A DNA stretch of 63,745 nucleotides, filler included, from Platydemus manokwari (lineage: Eukaryota), in assembly GCA_037951405.1 (NCBI GenBank). It is 5 parts of 5 records of this genome, joined end to end, with 100 filler letters (N's around TTAATTAATTAA, not from the genome) between each part and the next. Parts side by side here need not be neighbours in the genome. Positions count along the whole stretch, not along the records: positions 40,670 to 53,884 come from JBBMOY011796949.1; positions 53,985 to 63,745 come from JBBMOY011208654.1; 3 more parts are not named here. One strand, 5' to 3'. Positions 43,173 to 57,000 of the stretch are shown here, in pieces. The stretch's first letter is position 1. Each line of letters opens with the position of its first letter. A program made the translations under genes and the position numbers. Under the pieces are notes generated by a model, which was not told where the DNA came from, did not search any database, and saw only the letters and a program-made list of their open reading frames with translations.

Positions 43173-45548
43173 TGTGTATACAAAGAATATCGATTAACAA
43201 AATTCTTTAACATTATATTATTATTATTANNNNNNNNNNNNNNNNNNNNNNNNNNNNNNNNNNNNNNNNNNNNNNNNNNNNNNNNNNNNNNNNNNNNNNN
43301 NNNNNNNNNNNNNNNNNNNNNNNNNNNNNNNNNNNNNNNNNNNNNNNNNNNNNNNNNNNNNNNNNNNNNNNNNNNNNNNNNNNNNNNNNNNNNNNNNNNN
43401 NNNNNNNNNNNNNNNNNNNNNNNNNNATTTAATTTAATTTTTTATTTACTATAATTATAATTATTATCATTATTATACTTAACAAATAAATAATTATAAA
43501 AATATAAATCTAAATGAAAATTCATTGAATCCATCATACATGGTATACTGAAAATATTATACATTACATGGCAAATCGAAAAGCCAGAAGAAATCGTTAA
43601 GTATTGATACAGAAAGATAAGAATCACAACCAGTGAATGGCAAATCATATCATGGTAATTCGTCACTGTTGTTGTTCATCCAGTTCTGGAGTTTCGATGC
43701 ACCTCCATCATTGGTGATATTGGAAATATTTGTGTTGATTTATATTCCATTGAAAATATATATTTTTTTGGGTGAAATTTCATTAACGGTTTATTTGGTT
43801 TTTGGAATATTTTTCTCCAATTATTTATCATCAACGATATTTCTCAATATTTCACATCCATTCATGATCATATGTGTATCAAAAATCTCACACGTGATCA
43901 CGTCATCGATTGCATCACATTTCTATTACCATACAACAAACACCATTCCACAATTCACCAAACGACACTTTCGGAAAAATCTACATCAATGATATTTCAT
44001 CACCAAATTTTCATCGTGGTATTGACAAATAAATAAATNNNNNNNNNNNNNNNNNNNNNNNNNNNNNNNNNNNNNNNNNNNNNNNNNNNNNNNNNNNNNN
44101 NNNNNNNNNNNNNNNNNNNNNNNNNNNNNNNNNNNNNNNNNNNNNNNNNNNNNNNNNNNNNNNNNNNNACATAGTTATCCAAACCTCCATGTTGTCATAT
44201 CAACCAGCCGGATTGCTGAATAAATCTTGGGAAATAACAGATCACTGGGCAAGGAAAACAATCAGCCAATAAGAAAACACACAACACAGTACGGAAAAAA
44301 ACAAATAAGCACAGAAACAATATAAACGCCCAAATCGGTTGAGATTTATCGCAAATTCTACAATATCTGTAAGAGAAATTCTTTGAAAACTTTCTCGTCT
44401 AATGAGTAATTTTTATGTCTTATTTAAAATTATTTTTAAATTTTTTGTTAATAATACCCGTAAGGGAATAGCTACTACATAAAATTTCATCGTCAAAGTT
44501 CCCAAAGACTATTTGACTTCCTTCAAAACTTAATTTTTCTACATACCTTCATTTTCACCAGAATTGGATGGCTACAGTTTTCAACAGAGATATAAATTTC
44601 AAATCACTCAAATTTAAAATACTTCACATTCGCTATAATTGTATTATTAAATGTTGTAGAGTTATATCAATAAATGTATCAGATCGATTGTTATTTGACC
44701 TCGTGTTCAATACACTCAAACTGCACTATGAAACGGTGATGAATGGAATATTGGTGGAACTATCTTACCATATATCGACCCTCACAGCTTAAATGATATT
44801 CATTAAATAACTACATTCTATCTTCATATTTACAAATAAATTCAAAATATAAAATATATATCAGAAATAATTTTGTCAGTTTCAAACAATATCCTTACAA
44901 CAAAATAAACAATGATTTATTAAAACTACTTATATTAATAAATATATATATTCATAAACTCTCATCTACACCACACTATTTACTCCGATAAAGCCAATAC
45001 AAGAGTGAAAATAACGTATTTAATTCCTAGAAATCGGGTAACAGTAATGCAGCTGTTCAGTGAAACCCATTTTATTAAAAGTAAAAATTATTCCAAGTTT
45101 ATGTCGACGAGAGGTATTTCATTAAACCTGTTCCCAACTCCTGTTTAGTGAATTGTCTGAACAATGTCAATCATTTTTGTTAAAAAATAAATATTGTCAT
45201 CTATTGTTTTCTACCAAATCGATAGAAATTGCCATCATGTTAATCACGGAACTATGACAACATGAATGATAAATGTTGGAATAAAATATAAACTATTGGT
45301 GAAAGAAGAACTGAAATGCAATTATTCATAAACTGATGATAGTGCTGCATATCACGAAGTGAATCAGGAAGAGCAGTAAAAAGTGGAAAATTCCTCTTAA
45401 CTTCAAAGAATAATAAAATTAGTTCGTCATGACTTTATCATTCTCTCATTGTGAGGACTTATAATGAATCGAAATTTGAATAATTTTAAAGGCCGACTTT
45501 TATAAAATATTAATTTTATCAAATAATGATAAGTGAAATATATTTTCT

Positions 45549-45620
45549 TGTCGTGACTTTTCATTTTGATTTAAATTGGTGCTTTATAAAATAGTAGCCG
45601 CTCACAGTCAGATTAGCGAA
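45549..45620 (+). repeat. solo-LTR-like dispersed repeat, copy B (5' part)
   Basis: tgtcgtgacttttcattttg...ttataaaatagtagccgctcac aligns with copy A. Confidence 0.5.
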
Positions 45621-46046
45621 ATAATTTTCATTGTTTATCGATTATTTGCTCGCAGAAAATATTCATCTTTCGAATACTATAATTAACTCTCACTGTGAAA
45701 GCACTTAAGTTTTAATTTTCGAGACTTATTTCGAGATTATTCGAGAAATATGATATTTAATTACTCCATTAAAACACATTTAATATACATTGTGTAGATG
45801 AAGACTGAATTGTCATTAGCTACTTATCAATGTTTTAACAATAATTTAGTTTGTAGAAATACAACAAATTAATTTGTAAATTTATCCCATGGATATAATT
45901 AAAACAAAAGAATAGAAAAATTATGAAAGCATTAAAGTGTGTTTAACTTGATATAAGTGGGTAAATAACTATTTAAAATGTATCTCAATGAGTAAAATTT
46001 AATCTTTCCTTTGCAAACACTTTTAACAAATTTTAGATTATTTCAC

Positions 46047-46530
46047 ATGAGGATTTGTCAATATACAAGTGTCTTATTAACTTTATTGACCATTCCGTTT
46101 GGTCACAGCATAATATTACTATCCAGACATAAACCAACAAACCAGTCATCTTTGTACAATGTTGGCAGAGAATCAAATCTAGCAAATGATGGGTCATATA
46201 ATCAAGTTGCATTATATAATAATCATGGAAATATGAAATATGACTGCACCGCCACCAACAATCAATCAACCAGCTATTGGCTTGTGGACTTAGTGGACAA
46301 TTGTAAAATTAATTACATCGTTATCTACAATAGAGACGATAGTTTTGGAGATCGATTGATATCAGCCAATGTTATTATTATAGAAAACAATGGATCAGAG
46401 AAATCAATACAAAATATCACATCTAACCAGAAAATATATAACATTTCAACTGGTAATACAATTGGCCGTTATGTGAAAATTCAAGTCAGAAAAAAGATTC
46501 TATCACTTTGCGAAGTGGATGTGTTTGGAG
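46047..46530 (+). CDS. secreted F-type lectin (fucolectin/FTP) domain exon
   Basis: ATG at 46047 with signal-peptide-like MRICQYTSVLLTLLTIPFGHS, then KPTNQSS, LANDG, YWLVDL, IYNRDDSFGDRL, GRYVKI, LSLCEVDVFG; donor G|gtaaaa at 46531. Confidence 0.85.
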
Positions 46531-47964
46531 GTAAAATATATTTTATCAAATAATATTCATATTTCATATTAATAACTTGATCAATACATTAAAGCTTCAT
46601 ACAACATAAATATATAAAATCAATTATTATGTACAGTTATGGAAATCATTTTCTGTCACTGTTTAATTGATTTTTTATTTTATATTATTTCTTTAATTAA
46701 TTATTGATTATATATTTAAACCAATTTCATAAATATTTCATATTTAATGAATCAAAGGTTTATCCAATACAGGAACACACATTTTTCATTATTTTTCAGA
46801 TGAATTAAAATTTAATCAAATATTTAAATGGTTCTGGTTTTAATTTTATTGATCATTTTACCTGTGATTGATTAATGTTTCGAAACTAGTTCAGAGGCTG
46901 ATTATAATATATTATTGGAGATATAAATTATTGATTGAGTGCTGTTAAATCTGTTGTCATTATCTTGATTCTGTAAATGATTTAATCTGTATTTTGACTA
47001 AAGAAAATAAACTGTCATTTAAATGGTTCCGTGGTTATTCTATCTCAGATAAATATTTTAGTGTTTATCAATACAATGAAGTTAATGAATTTTCATTTTA
47101 CTAAATATGTTTAATAAATTAAATTATTAAATAAATTCGGTGGGGACACCAGGTCTTGTTGAGACATGCACAGTAAATGCACTCAAACGATTTCGAACTA
47201 AACATTAGTCCTGTCAGACATTTACTTTATGACAAAGTAAATCATAGAGGAAGAAAACTATGAAAAGAAAATTTTGATAAAGAAAAAAAGTTAAAGACTA
47301 GAAAAGAAAGTGCAAGGAAGCAGAATAACCAGTAAAGAACAATACTGAGAATATATATATGGAAATAAATATCAGTGACCGAAAATATTGCTGGCTACAA
47401 GAGTGTAGCAATGATTTTAAAGAATTATTAAGAACCAAATGAAGAATAAATGGAAAAAGAATTCACAAAAAAGAAAAAAAACGCAGGCCCAGGAAGAATT
47501 AGCGAACATTGAAAACATGATTTAAAGATAACAGAAAAAATAGAGGAAAACTTTGATAAAAATAATCGAAAAAAGCTAAGAACAAACAAAATACTAAATT
47601 GATGAAAGGTTACATGAAGGTTTTGCGAGAAATATAAGAAAAGTTGTCAAAAGGAATCCATTCGAGAATATAAGTAATAGGTAAGACGTAAAGAATAAGA
47701 AAAGGAAGTAATGTGTGAAAAGACATAATGAAAAACATAGATTTTACAATGAAAAAAGTATAAATATTGAAGAACATAAAAACAAACTCGAAATACATGA
47801 AGGCAAGATGAACCTACAATTACGGGACATTATTATATTGAAATCGATAGCACATCTCTTCATTACTGTGAAAATTTTTAAATGAATTAAATTTTTAGAG
47901 TTATTTTAGATTTTATAAAAAATTATTTTGATTTGTTTATAAATATTTTTTAAATATATAATTT

Positions 47965-48240
47965 AAGATCGTGATTTTCCAGCTTGTTTTCGAAGTCATT
48001 TTTATAAAATAATAACGGCTTACACGGCCAACACGCATCCGGATTCGAATCTTAGCAATGACTTAATATTAAATCATAGAAGGAGAAATATATTGAGAAT
48101 ATATAAAGAATATACAAAGAAGACGTGGGGAAGATATATAGGAGATATAAAAATATATAAAGCAGATAGAATAATTAAAGATTTTATGTAGATAAATATA
48201 CAGAGCATTCGATACAAGGACAATTACGGTAAAAGTTTAT
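47965..48240 (+). repeat. solo-LTR-like dispersed repeat, copy C
   Basis: cgtgattttcc...ttataaaataataacggcttacacggccaac followed by an AG-rich tract like copy A. Confidence 0.5.
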
Positions 48241-48899
48241 TCATTAAAAAGAAGGAAATCCAAATTGCCGCAATCCCTGATATTTCAATCGACTCAAACC
48301 AAGGAACGAAGCTTTTCAAACTTCGACGTTAATAAATGGTAAATCAATGAGTGTTATAAATATCCAATGATATTTTGGGAATATTAATGTAAATCAGTAA
48401 AAAAGATTGAACTAATTAATAAATGAAGCTATGCAAATAAGAATGAAACTGATTAAAGCCCTTATCATGAATCGAATAAAGATTAAACTGATCGAAGCCG
48501 TAAAATATAACTTGAGAATTTTTTCAGATCAAATGAAATGAGAAAATAAGAATGGGATGAGGATAAAATAATCTATTTTTCTATTCCTTTTTCAATATAT
48601 TTCCGATAAAAGAAGTTGTACAGATTAAAAATATAAAAGTGTTTTCCAGAATAATATTATATATTTTAATAAATTAATTAAAAACATTTTAAAACAATTA
48701 AAAAAATTAATTAAAAATTAATTAAAAAGTTAATTAAAAACACTGATTATTTATCATTTAATTACAAAAAATTTCATAATAAATTGAAATTAGCATTCGT
48801 AAACTATAACACATATTATTATAATAACGAGGTTAAATAAACAAACATATTACAGTTTAATAAAAATAATTGATTGGTGGATTAGTTTAGTTTTTTAAA

Positions 48900-50940
48900 T
48901 AAATATTATGTCTGTGAATTTCAATCATGTAACTGACGACCACGCCAGAACTGTCCGAGATATGATAACAGATACATTGAAAGGCAAGAGTCCCAAGAAA
49001 AATTGGGCTGGGTTGCTGTCAAGGATAGAGTTCTGCATCAACACAATACATCAATCAACACAGAAGTTCTCTCGATTCGAAATAATCTATGGTTAGAAGA
49101 TCAATGACAGTACGGATGTGAGTCACAAGAACCAGACCCAATATGATATTGCAGCAGCAGTTAGAGAAAGTTTTAAAGTGACAGCCAACATAATGTCTAA
49201 CCGAGACAAAGGAGAAAAAAAGATCGAATTTTTTGCATGACAGAGAAGAATCTAATGCGCGTAGATTTCTATAATAGGAAGAAGAATAGATACCAGTACG
49301 AGGCTCCTACCTAATTACCTGGCAGACAAACAAGTGGATATTACCAAGGCTTATTACCAAGTCGAACTAAGTTAGAGGTCCCAAGATTGCACAGCCTTTA
49401 GCACAAGAACCGGCCAACACTCTTTCAACAAATTCCAGTTTGGACTATCTATTTTTCAAAAACTAATGCATATGCTGTTGAATGGATTGATCTTTAAGAG
49501 CGTTATGATATATTTGGATGATGTGCCAGTTTTGGTGCCATCGGGGCTGTTCATATCCAAGTTACTGAAGAATGAACAGAAGTAGCTATTGTTTACGAGT
49601 CTTGGTTACTGACAAGTCACGAGACAGGATACTGTGTTACCAGAAAGGGACTACTGGTTATCCACGTGCATGTTATTTATCTTAGGCAAGACTGTTACGA
49701 GTAGAAATTCATTGTGAAGAGCGATCACAAAGCCCTTGAAAACCCGACACGAAAACTGATCAGTCCTCAGAGGGATTGTCTAGGATTAACAAGACACTAT
49801 GTTCCCAGTGCAAGACGAGGCATAGTGGAGTAAAGACGGATTTAGTCCAAATACAAATATAGTAAGAGATAATGCAGAAAATCCAGAGATAGTGGAGACA
49901 CTAAGATTTCTAAATGGTGAAACTACTTCTAAATATTTACTTTCGATAATTGAAGATAAGCTGAAGGTGGTAGACAGTACGCTGATCTAGAAAAAGAGTA
50001 GAGTTTGGCTGCTATAATACCGAAAACTTTTTCCGCTCAATTTTTCAAGACAGTTCACTAGGACCTCTGCTACTTAGGCTCAAAGAAAACCTTCGCATAT
50101 TTGGCCGCAGTTTTTATTTTATTTTTATTTTATGTTCAACACTATCAAAGAGTTACTGAAATAATGTATTATCTGTGTAAAGATAAAGGATGATCAATCC
50201 AGAACTAAGGCCTTTCCTCTCCGTAGGTTATGCTGAGTTTCAAGTGAACATTACTCGAATTCACACAATGCATTGTAACAAGAAATATCTTGTAGTCATT
50301 ATCAGCAGATTCAATAAACTGATGAGCCTCACTGCTGCTACATCTGAGCACGTAGATTTATGGTTTTGAAAATTAGAAACAATTTGGAATCAAATTTGTG
50401 ACGGGAGGCTGGTTCAAAATTTGGAATCAAATAAGCATTCAGTCAACCATGCCAGCATCAAACAAACGAGTAAGTAGAAATAATCATCGAGACTGTTCGA
50501 GATATGACAACAGGTAACCTAAAAGGTAAGAGCCCCGTGAAAAGTTTGGCTGAATTTCTGCTAAGGATAAAGATCTGTCTCAACGCAACACATCAAAAAA
50601 CAACAAAGTTCTCGGATTTCAAGATAATCTAAGGGCGGAAGATCAATGTCCATATGGATGTGAGTCACAAGATTTAAACTAAAGATGAAAATACAGCGGC
50701 AGCTAGAGAAAATTCTAAAATGGATTCCAAAAGAATGTCTAACCGAAGAATACAGAATTATTCAGGTGGGATAAATGGTGCTAGTTCGTTTAGATCCTTA
50801 GAAGAGCAAGAAGAATGGATTACAGTAAAAATATAACTACAGAACCAAGTCAGACAGACAAGAGGAGATTCAATCCTCTTGCGATAAAATCTAGACCATT
50901 AGAGTGGCTGAAACGATTGAGGGGGACCTAAGAGGAGGCT
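48900..50940 (+). mobile_element. decayed Gypsy pol relics (integrase tail, RNase H, integrase, polypurine tract)
   Basis: WAGLLSRIEFCINTIHQSTQKFS.FEIIYG (integrase tail); ASFGAIGAV...YCVTRKGLL...FIVKSDHKAL (RNase H); second integrase tail VRDMTTGNLKGKSP...; purine tract gaggggg...agaggagg at ~50920-50938. Many stops. Confidence 0.85.
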
Positions 50941-52507
50941 AGTAACGTGGTATTCACCAGTCGATTTTAAATTCTAAAAATGGATTAATATGAAAAAGAA
51001 TCTGACTGGCTTTTGGCACTCTCTTTCATTGGATCTATATGTGCCAACCTTTTATACGTTATTTTCCCCGTTCCTATAAACATTTTGGCTGACCTTGTAA
51101 CCTAATCAATAAATCGAACACAATATCTTAAGTGACATGAATAATTGCAATAAGCAGTGGCATACAAAAAGTACAAGAATTTTAAATTTGAATTATTTTA
51201 AATTGTACACTGAGGGTATTTGATAAACCAGTTTTGAGAACTGTTGCTACCCAACTCTATTGAAAAAAAATGTATTTAAAAATTTTAAAATTGAACGAAG
51301 TCAAATTTTCTCTGGGAATTTTGATGTTGGAATTTTATGAAGTATTAATTCCTTTTAGAGTATTATTAACAATAAAAACAATTAAAGATAACAAATAAAA
51401 TTAATTCCTTTTGGTCGACATAATTAGATAAGAATGGGTGCTTATCTTCTTTTAACCAAAAAATTATTTGTCTGTCTTTTTCATTATTTTAAATTAAATT
51501 TTTGTGCAGTTTGTATTATGTTTACTCCTGATATATCAATTATTATAAATTAAATTATAAATTAAATATAATTAGTTAAATTCTTTTATCATTTTCGACA
51601 TTGTGAAAATGTTAAAATATTTGCAAATTTCTTTTATAAAAAGTCTTGTCTTCTGATTTATTGAATATAAATATACTGATTGTCGCAAGAGTTAACTTGA
51701 TTTTGTTAGGCGTTTTATTTTTTTATTCCACAATTCCAATATTCAGATCATCATATCATATTTCAGCAACATCGACATATATGTCTAGCTCATCATAAGC
51801 GATTGTTCGTCTAGCTGGTTATAAAAATAATTCATTTATTAATATTAATGTTAGACATTGATATTATTCTTTTCATCTTACATTTAGATTCTTTATCAAC
51901 TGATAATTGTACTTAATTATACTTATCTTTATCGGCTTTTATCACCCCCTTCAAAATGGTTTTAAAGAATTTAATAAAATAATCTATATGGATTTTTCCA
52001 ATCCATTCTACAATTTAAACATTTTATTTTAGGACCTTTTTGCCTTTAAACCTATTTCTTTATCTAATTAATCAATTTTCATTGTTGGTCCAACATTTTT
52101 AAATCTAATTTTAATTTCTTTAAACAATATATTTTCAAGGAACAAGTTTAAATTAAAAATGTTTCAAAATTTGTTTATTGTGGCATATTACAATATTGTA
52201 CCGAGCATAATAAACAGTTTATTCTTGTAAACTTTTAACGAATATTTTGTACTGCATGTCCAGATAAAATGGCAAAAAGGTTTTCAAGTACTGCTCCATG
52301 CATTCTTAAACTTATCAAAATCTTATGGTGATACTGTCGGCTTAAATATTATGTCTTATATTGACGTCATATTAGAAAAATTTATCATTGTTTATTAATT
52401 GTTTGTTAGTTGAGATAATTAATAATTTTAGAGTTTTCTCATTATAATGTATTGAAATGATAATAAATCGTTGACAAATACCGACAAATAAAATGTTAGT
52501 CAGGAAT

Positions 52508-52510
52508 AAT

Positions 52511-52553
<43 letters not shown>
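52508..52553. repeat. (TAA)n microsatellite
   Basis: Direct reading; explains the poly-Leu ORF 52372..52569(-). Confidence 0.9.
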
Positions 52554-52554
<1 letters not shown>

Positions 52555-53229
52555 AACTTTATTGGACATTTATTCCAGCGTATTCACAAGCATGCAATTA
52601 TACAAATATATTATTTTATTATTTAATTCAAATGGAGGTTAATTAATTTGCATTAAGTTGTATTGTTGAGCATTAAATTCAGATGATGAAAATTAGAAAA
52701 CAATTTATAAAATCATTTTAATTATAAATAGTTTTTTCCATACTTCTACTAATGATTGTATCAATGATTGTTACAGTGTAAACCAATGTTTATGTTCCCA
52801 GTAGTTGGAAAATGGTAATTCTCACAATTTCTCAATTAACACTTTGCTCAATTTGTTTTTTTACTATAGATAAAGGTGATTTAAATATATTGGCGTGATA
52901 AATAATTGGATTTAATGTTTCACTATTACGAGTTATTTGAGCTTTTCATGAAATTTATATCGTTACCTCAGTTGATGTTGAGGTTTACGACATTCGATGG
53001 ATTATAGATGCGAAACTAAGAATTAAAACATTTTATCTTATATATTTAAAGTTCAAATTTATTATTAATAATTTGTCAATCCTTGTAGGCCGTATTATAC
53101 CTTGTATTATATAAATAGGAAACGAATTGAAAATTATGAGTATGAATACAATTATGGAGATAAAATAGTTTATAAAAATAAATATTTAAAATTTATTCAA
53201 TTTAATATTTTCACAACACTCTACTTTAA

Positions 53230-53475
53230 AATCTTTAATTTTCCTTGCATTATTAATTGATACTTCATCGAACATTCTACATATTTATCTACTTGCAAAT
53301 ATCTAATTCTCCTATCTTGTTAATATCTTCTCTAAATTGTTTCTAGATTTCCTTCAAATTCATAATGTTTATTCTTTCATATTCTCAAAATCGAATCTAG
53401 AAACTGTGGTCGGATATAAGCCGTTACTATTTTGTGAAAGACGCATTGAAAACGAATGTGAAATTTACGACCCGA
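53230..53475 (-). repeat. solo-LTR-like dispersed repeat, copy D
   Basis: Reverse complement contains gttttcaatgcgtctttcacaaaatagtaacggcttatatccgacc...gattcgatttt, aligning with copies A and C. Confidence 0.5.
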
Positions 53476-53808
53476 ATTTCGTATTTAAATACGATTATAT
53501 AAGCAAATTAATATAGTGTGATACAAAATCAAAATATATTTATAAAAAATATTTTAAAATTTAATTTAATTTCACATTATCACAATCTCGTTGATTAGTT
53601 TAAAAGAAATTGTTTAAACAAAGAAACACATCACAAAATCAATATAATATTTTTAGAAGCAATTTTCATGTTCTAATAGTATTTAGAAATGTAATCAAAA
53701 TATGAATCTCAGAAACTTGTTTTGATTTGTTATTATTCATAAAGGTACGTTAATAAATTCCATTGTTGTTTTAATTATTTGCTCCAAATTTTAAAATTAT
53801 TTTAATGA

Positions 53809-53884
53809 TACCAGGTTGAGTCAAAAGTTATTCATGTTTTTATGCAGGTATTTTATTAACACAAATTGTTATAACGCTGAACAT
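53809..53884. mobile_element. mariner-like terminal fragment at contig end
   Basis: TA-ccaggttgagtcaaaagttatt resembles a mariner TIR start and runs into the spacer. Confidence 0.4.
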
Positions 53885-53984
53885 NNNNNNNNNNNNNNNN
53901 NNNNNNNNNNNNNNNNNNNNNNNNNNNNTTAATTAATTAANNNNNNNNNNNNNNNNNNNNNNNNNNNNNNNNNNNNNNNNNNNN
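53885..53984. other. artificial contig-joining spacer
   Basis: 44N-TTAATTAATTAA-44N. Confidence 0.95.
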
Positions 53985-54052
53985 TTTATTCATTGAAATA
54001 CAAATTTTAACTCATTTTTGTAAAAGCCGGAATCATACTAATACACCTAATA
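53985..54052 (-). mobile_element. opposite end of the same mariner family as 40452-40569
   Basis: 54022-54052 is the exact 31-bp reverse complement of 40452-40482; the interior differs. Confidence 0.8.
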
Positions 54053-57000
54053 TATTTCTGATTTGTACTTCATTCCTTGAAAATGATATTCTTTTCTTTA
54101 ATTCATTTAATCCTTCAGGTAGTCTTCTACCGGCTTCTAATTCTTTAACTTTTCTGCATTGTATTGAATATTTCTAGGTGTTTGAGTTATCATATTTTGC
54201 TGTCCACACAATCAATATCACATTGAAGGTTGAACATTCCGATCCTGAATCTCGAGGCTTCTTTCATCATTACTATTGCTTGAGAGAATGTAATAGTGCA
54301 ATGAGAACGTTCTGCAGTAATAGATCAAGTTTACAAATATAGTAACAGATGACTAGTTTGTAGATAATATTTGGAGAATTCAGTGTTTCTTCAAAAAGTC
54401 AACCAATCCATGATGATGTGAGTAGTGCACTATTTGATGTATTATTCTCTGTTATTTTAGAACTGTTACTATAGCAATTAATGCTAAATACGAAAATTTA
54501 TATTTCAAAATCACAATCAATTACAAAATCCTAATCATCACTAGACACAACAAAAATTCACCAGATGACAAATGGATATTCAAAGTATGATGGTGTCAGC
54601 ACCCGAACGTTAAAAGGAAATACAGACGTCAACCACAAAGACTAGTTGTCAGAAAAAAAGCCAAACAGAATATAATTTACCTTAAAAAACCGGCAGAAAT
54701 TCAACTTTTTATAAGCTTGTCGTGTTTTCATTTGATGACTTTCCATTCGATAAATCTGTTTTCACGTCTATCTGTTGATAAATTTTCTTATATCTCTGGT
54801 GCCGTTAGCGAATCTTTGTGTTTGTTGTCATTTTACGGTGTGCACCAGTGACTTATTGAATTCTAAATATGGATTGGTATATAAAACGAATCTGATTAGC
54901 TATTAGCATGTGCACCTTTTGAATCAGTGTACGTCGACCTTTTATATTTTACCAGGAATCTTAATCTTAATTGCTTGCTTTAAAAACCCGACCTCCTATT
55001 TAGGTATCATATAGAGGCACTATCATTTTGAGATTAACAAGATTGAAAGCCAAATGATTCAATCAATATCAGCTATCAACATATTTAAGTCCTAGAAAGA
55101 TTACAAGCCGATACGTTTTCCTCAGCAGTAGATATACCAGTTATTCATGTCGAGATCCTGATGAAATAGCTGTTTCTTTCATTGATTAAGAAAATTCCCT
55201 GAGAACATTTTAAATTATTTCGTAAATATGATTATATGCTTTTTCTCAGGAATATTTGAAAATTACCTTGCTCTAAAATACGGATAAAAATATCATTATT
55301 GACCTGTACTCGTATTATAGCTTCATTTTATTAGTAATTAAGCGATGTCTAATCCGATCCATTATCATAACAATCGTAAATTGCTCTTTGATGGAGATTT
55401 CTACCTGAAAATTCCAAATGAAATTTATATCTCTTTAATATATATCGAACGATATTATATTTCTCCAAACAACTTTCAAGCCACAAATCAATTTAACAAG
55501 TACATATTTACAAACTCTAAGAAATCCTGTTAGTTTAAAAATTATTTTAATTACTGTTTTGAAGAAAATCACAGATATTTGAGAAAAATAATTCAAGAAA
55601 TTGCTCCAGTTCGAGTTTAGTTTAACAAGAAATTGTGTGATCCTTTGATTGTTCCATGATTTTATTCCTGTGGGAAATATATGAATTAATTTTTAATATT
55701 TATCAAAAAATAAGAGTATAAAATAATTGCTAAAAAATTGAAATTTGTTTTCCTTAATAAGTGTAAAGAGGTTGATACAAAGCCAATGAGAACTTGATGA
55801 ATAAAACATAATGAAATTATCATCAAGTCAGCGTCGATAAAGAAGAACATTAAAAGTCATCATGAAAGAGTTGAAATCGAGCAACATAAAAGACAAAACA
55901 ATTAGAGGTATGAGTTTTCAAAAATGGTGAAATAGTTCAAATTTATTTCTTTAAGTAGAAATTGAAAACAAATTGAAAAGTATGTTTAATTATAATATTA
56001 AAACAAATTGTCGTTGCTTAATATTTTAGTTAATTGGAGTATTTAAGAATTAAATTTCCAAAATTTAAAATTTTCACGTATATAAATAAATTAACATTCG
56101 AAAGTATTAACGAATTCTTGACTTTAAACTTCAAAAATTAAGAATTCAAAAAATTTAATCGTCAAAGCCATAATATATAGAATTCGAACAGCCAAACTTT
56201 CGAAAAACAAATGAAACAAAAATAAATAACGGTTATCCAAAAAATAATTTTGATTTTTTACATTTCTAATAAATAAACTATAAAATAAATAAAAGCAAAA
56301 TTGGGTAGGTAAATAATAATCGACATAATGCAGGCAGATAGGAGATTCACAATTCGCCAAAAGTAATTCATAATGTATCATAACAAATATCAGCAAGCTG
56401 GTTAGAACAAATTATAAATACACACTAAAGCTACCATGGTAATACACAGTGTTTCAATAACAACCTCAGTGGATCACATAGGAAATAAATAAATAAATAA
56501 CAATTACAAATAAAAGTAATAAAAATAAAAGGTATTTATAAAACAGAAAAACGTAGAAAAATTACATCAAAATTCATTTTTACAAAAAATTATCAATATC
56601 AAATTGTACAGGAATATTTACAGAAACAGTCGAGCAATATTTGGAACCATATTCAGACAACAATTTCTAAACACGTACTCAGAACATTTCTCAGATTGAT
56701 AGTATTTCAAATCTGAATTGAAGTGACCTATTGTATTAAAAATATCGCATTCTAATCGAATCCGATCAGTTGAAATCGATCTTCTTCAACGAAGGCAAAT
56801 AAAATCTTTTAAAAAACTTTATAGTTCGTCATTACAAGAAAAGTCGATAAATGATAAAACCATATTTTCCACGATAGCAATCCACCTGTGTAAATAATAG
56901 TTATTATATGTTATCATGGATTGATTATAATCTATATTTAATGAGGTCACTGCAAAGAAACAAATATTAAGTGTTAATTCTAATCCACATTTGTACGATC

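Noticed and set aside
43633-43992. 119-aa ORF between two gaps
   Set aside because: No motif and no consistent splice frame.
54040-54176. 46-codon open minus-strand frame with apparent splice sites
   Set aside because: The apparent donor is supplied by the mariner TIR; it does not match CDKL exon 5 and is on the wrong strand.
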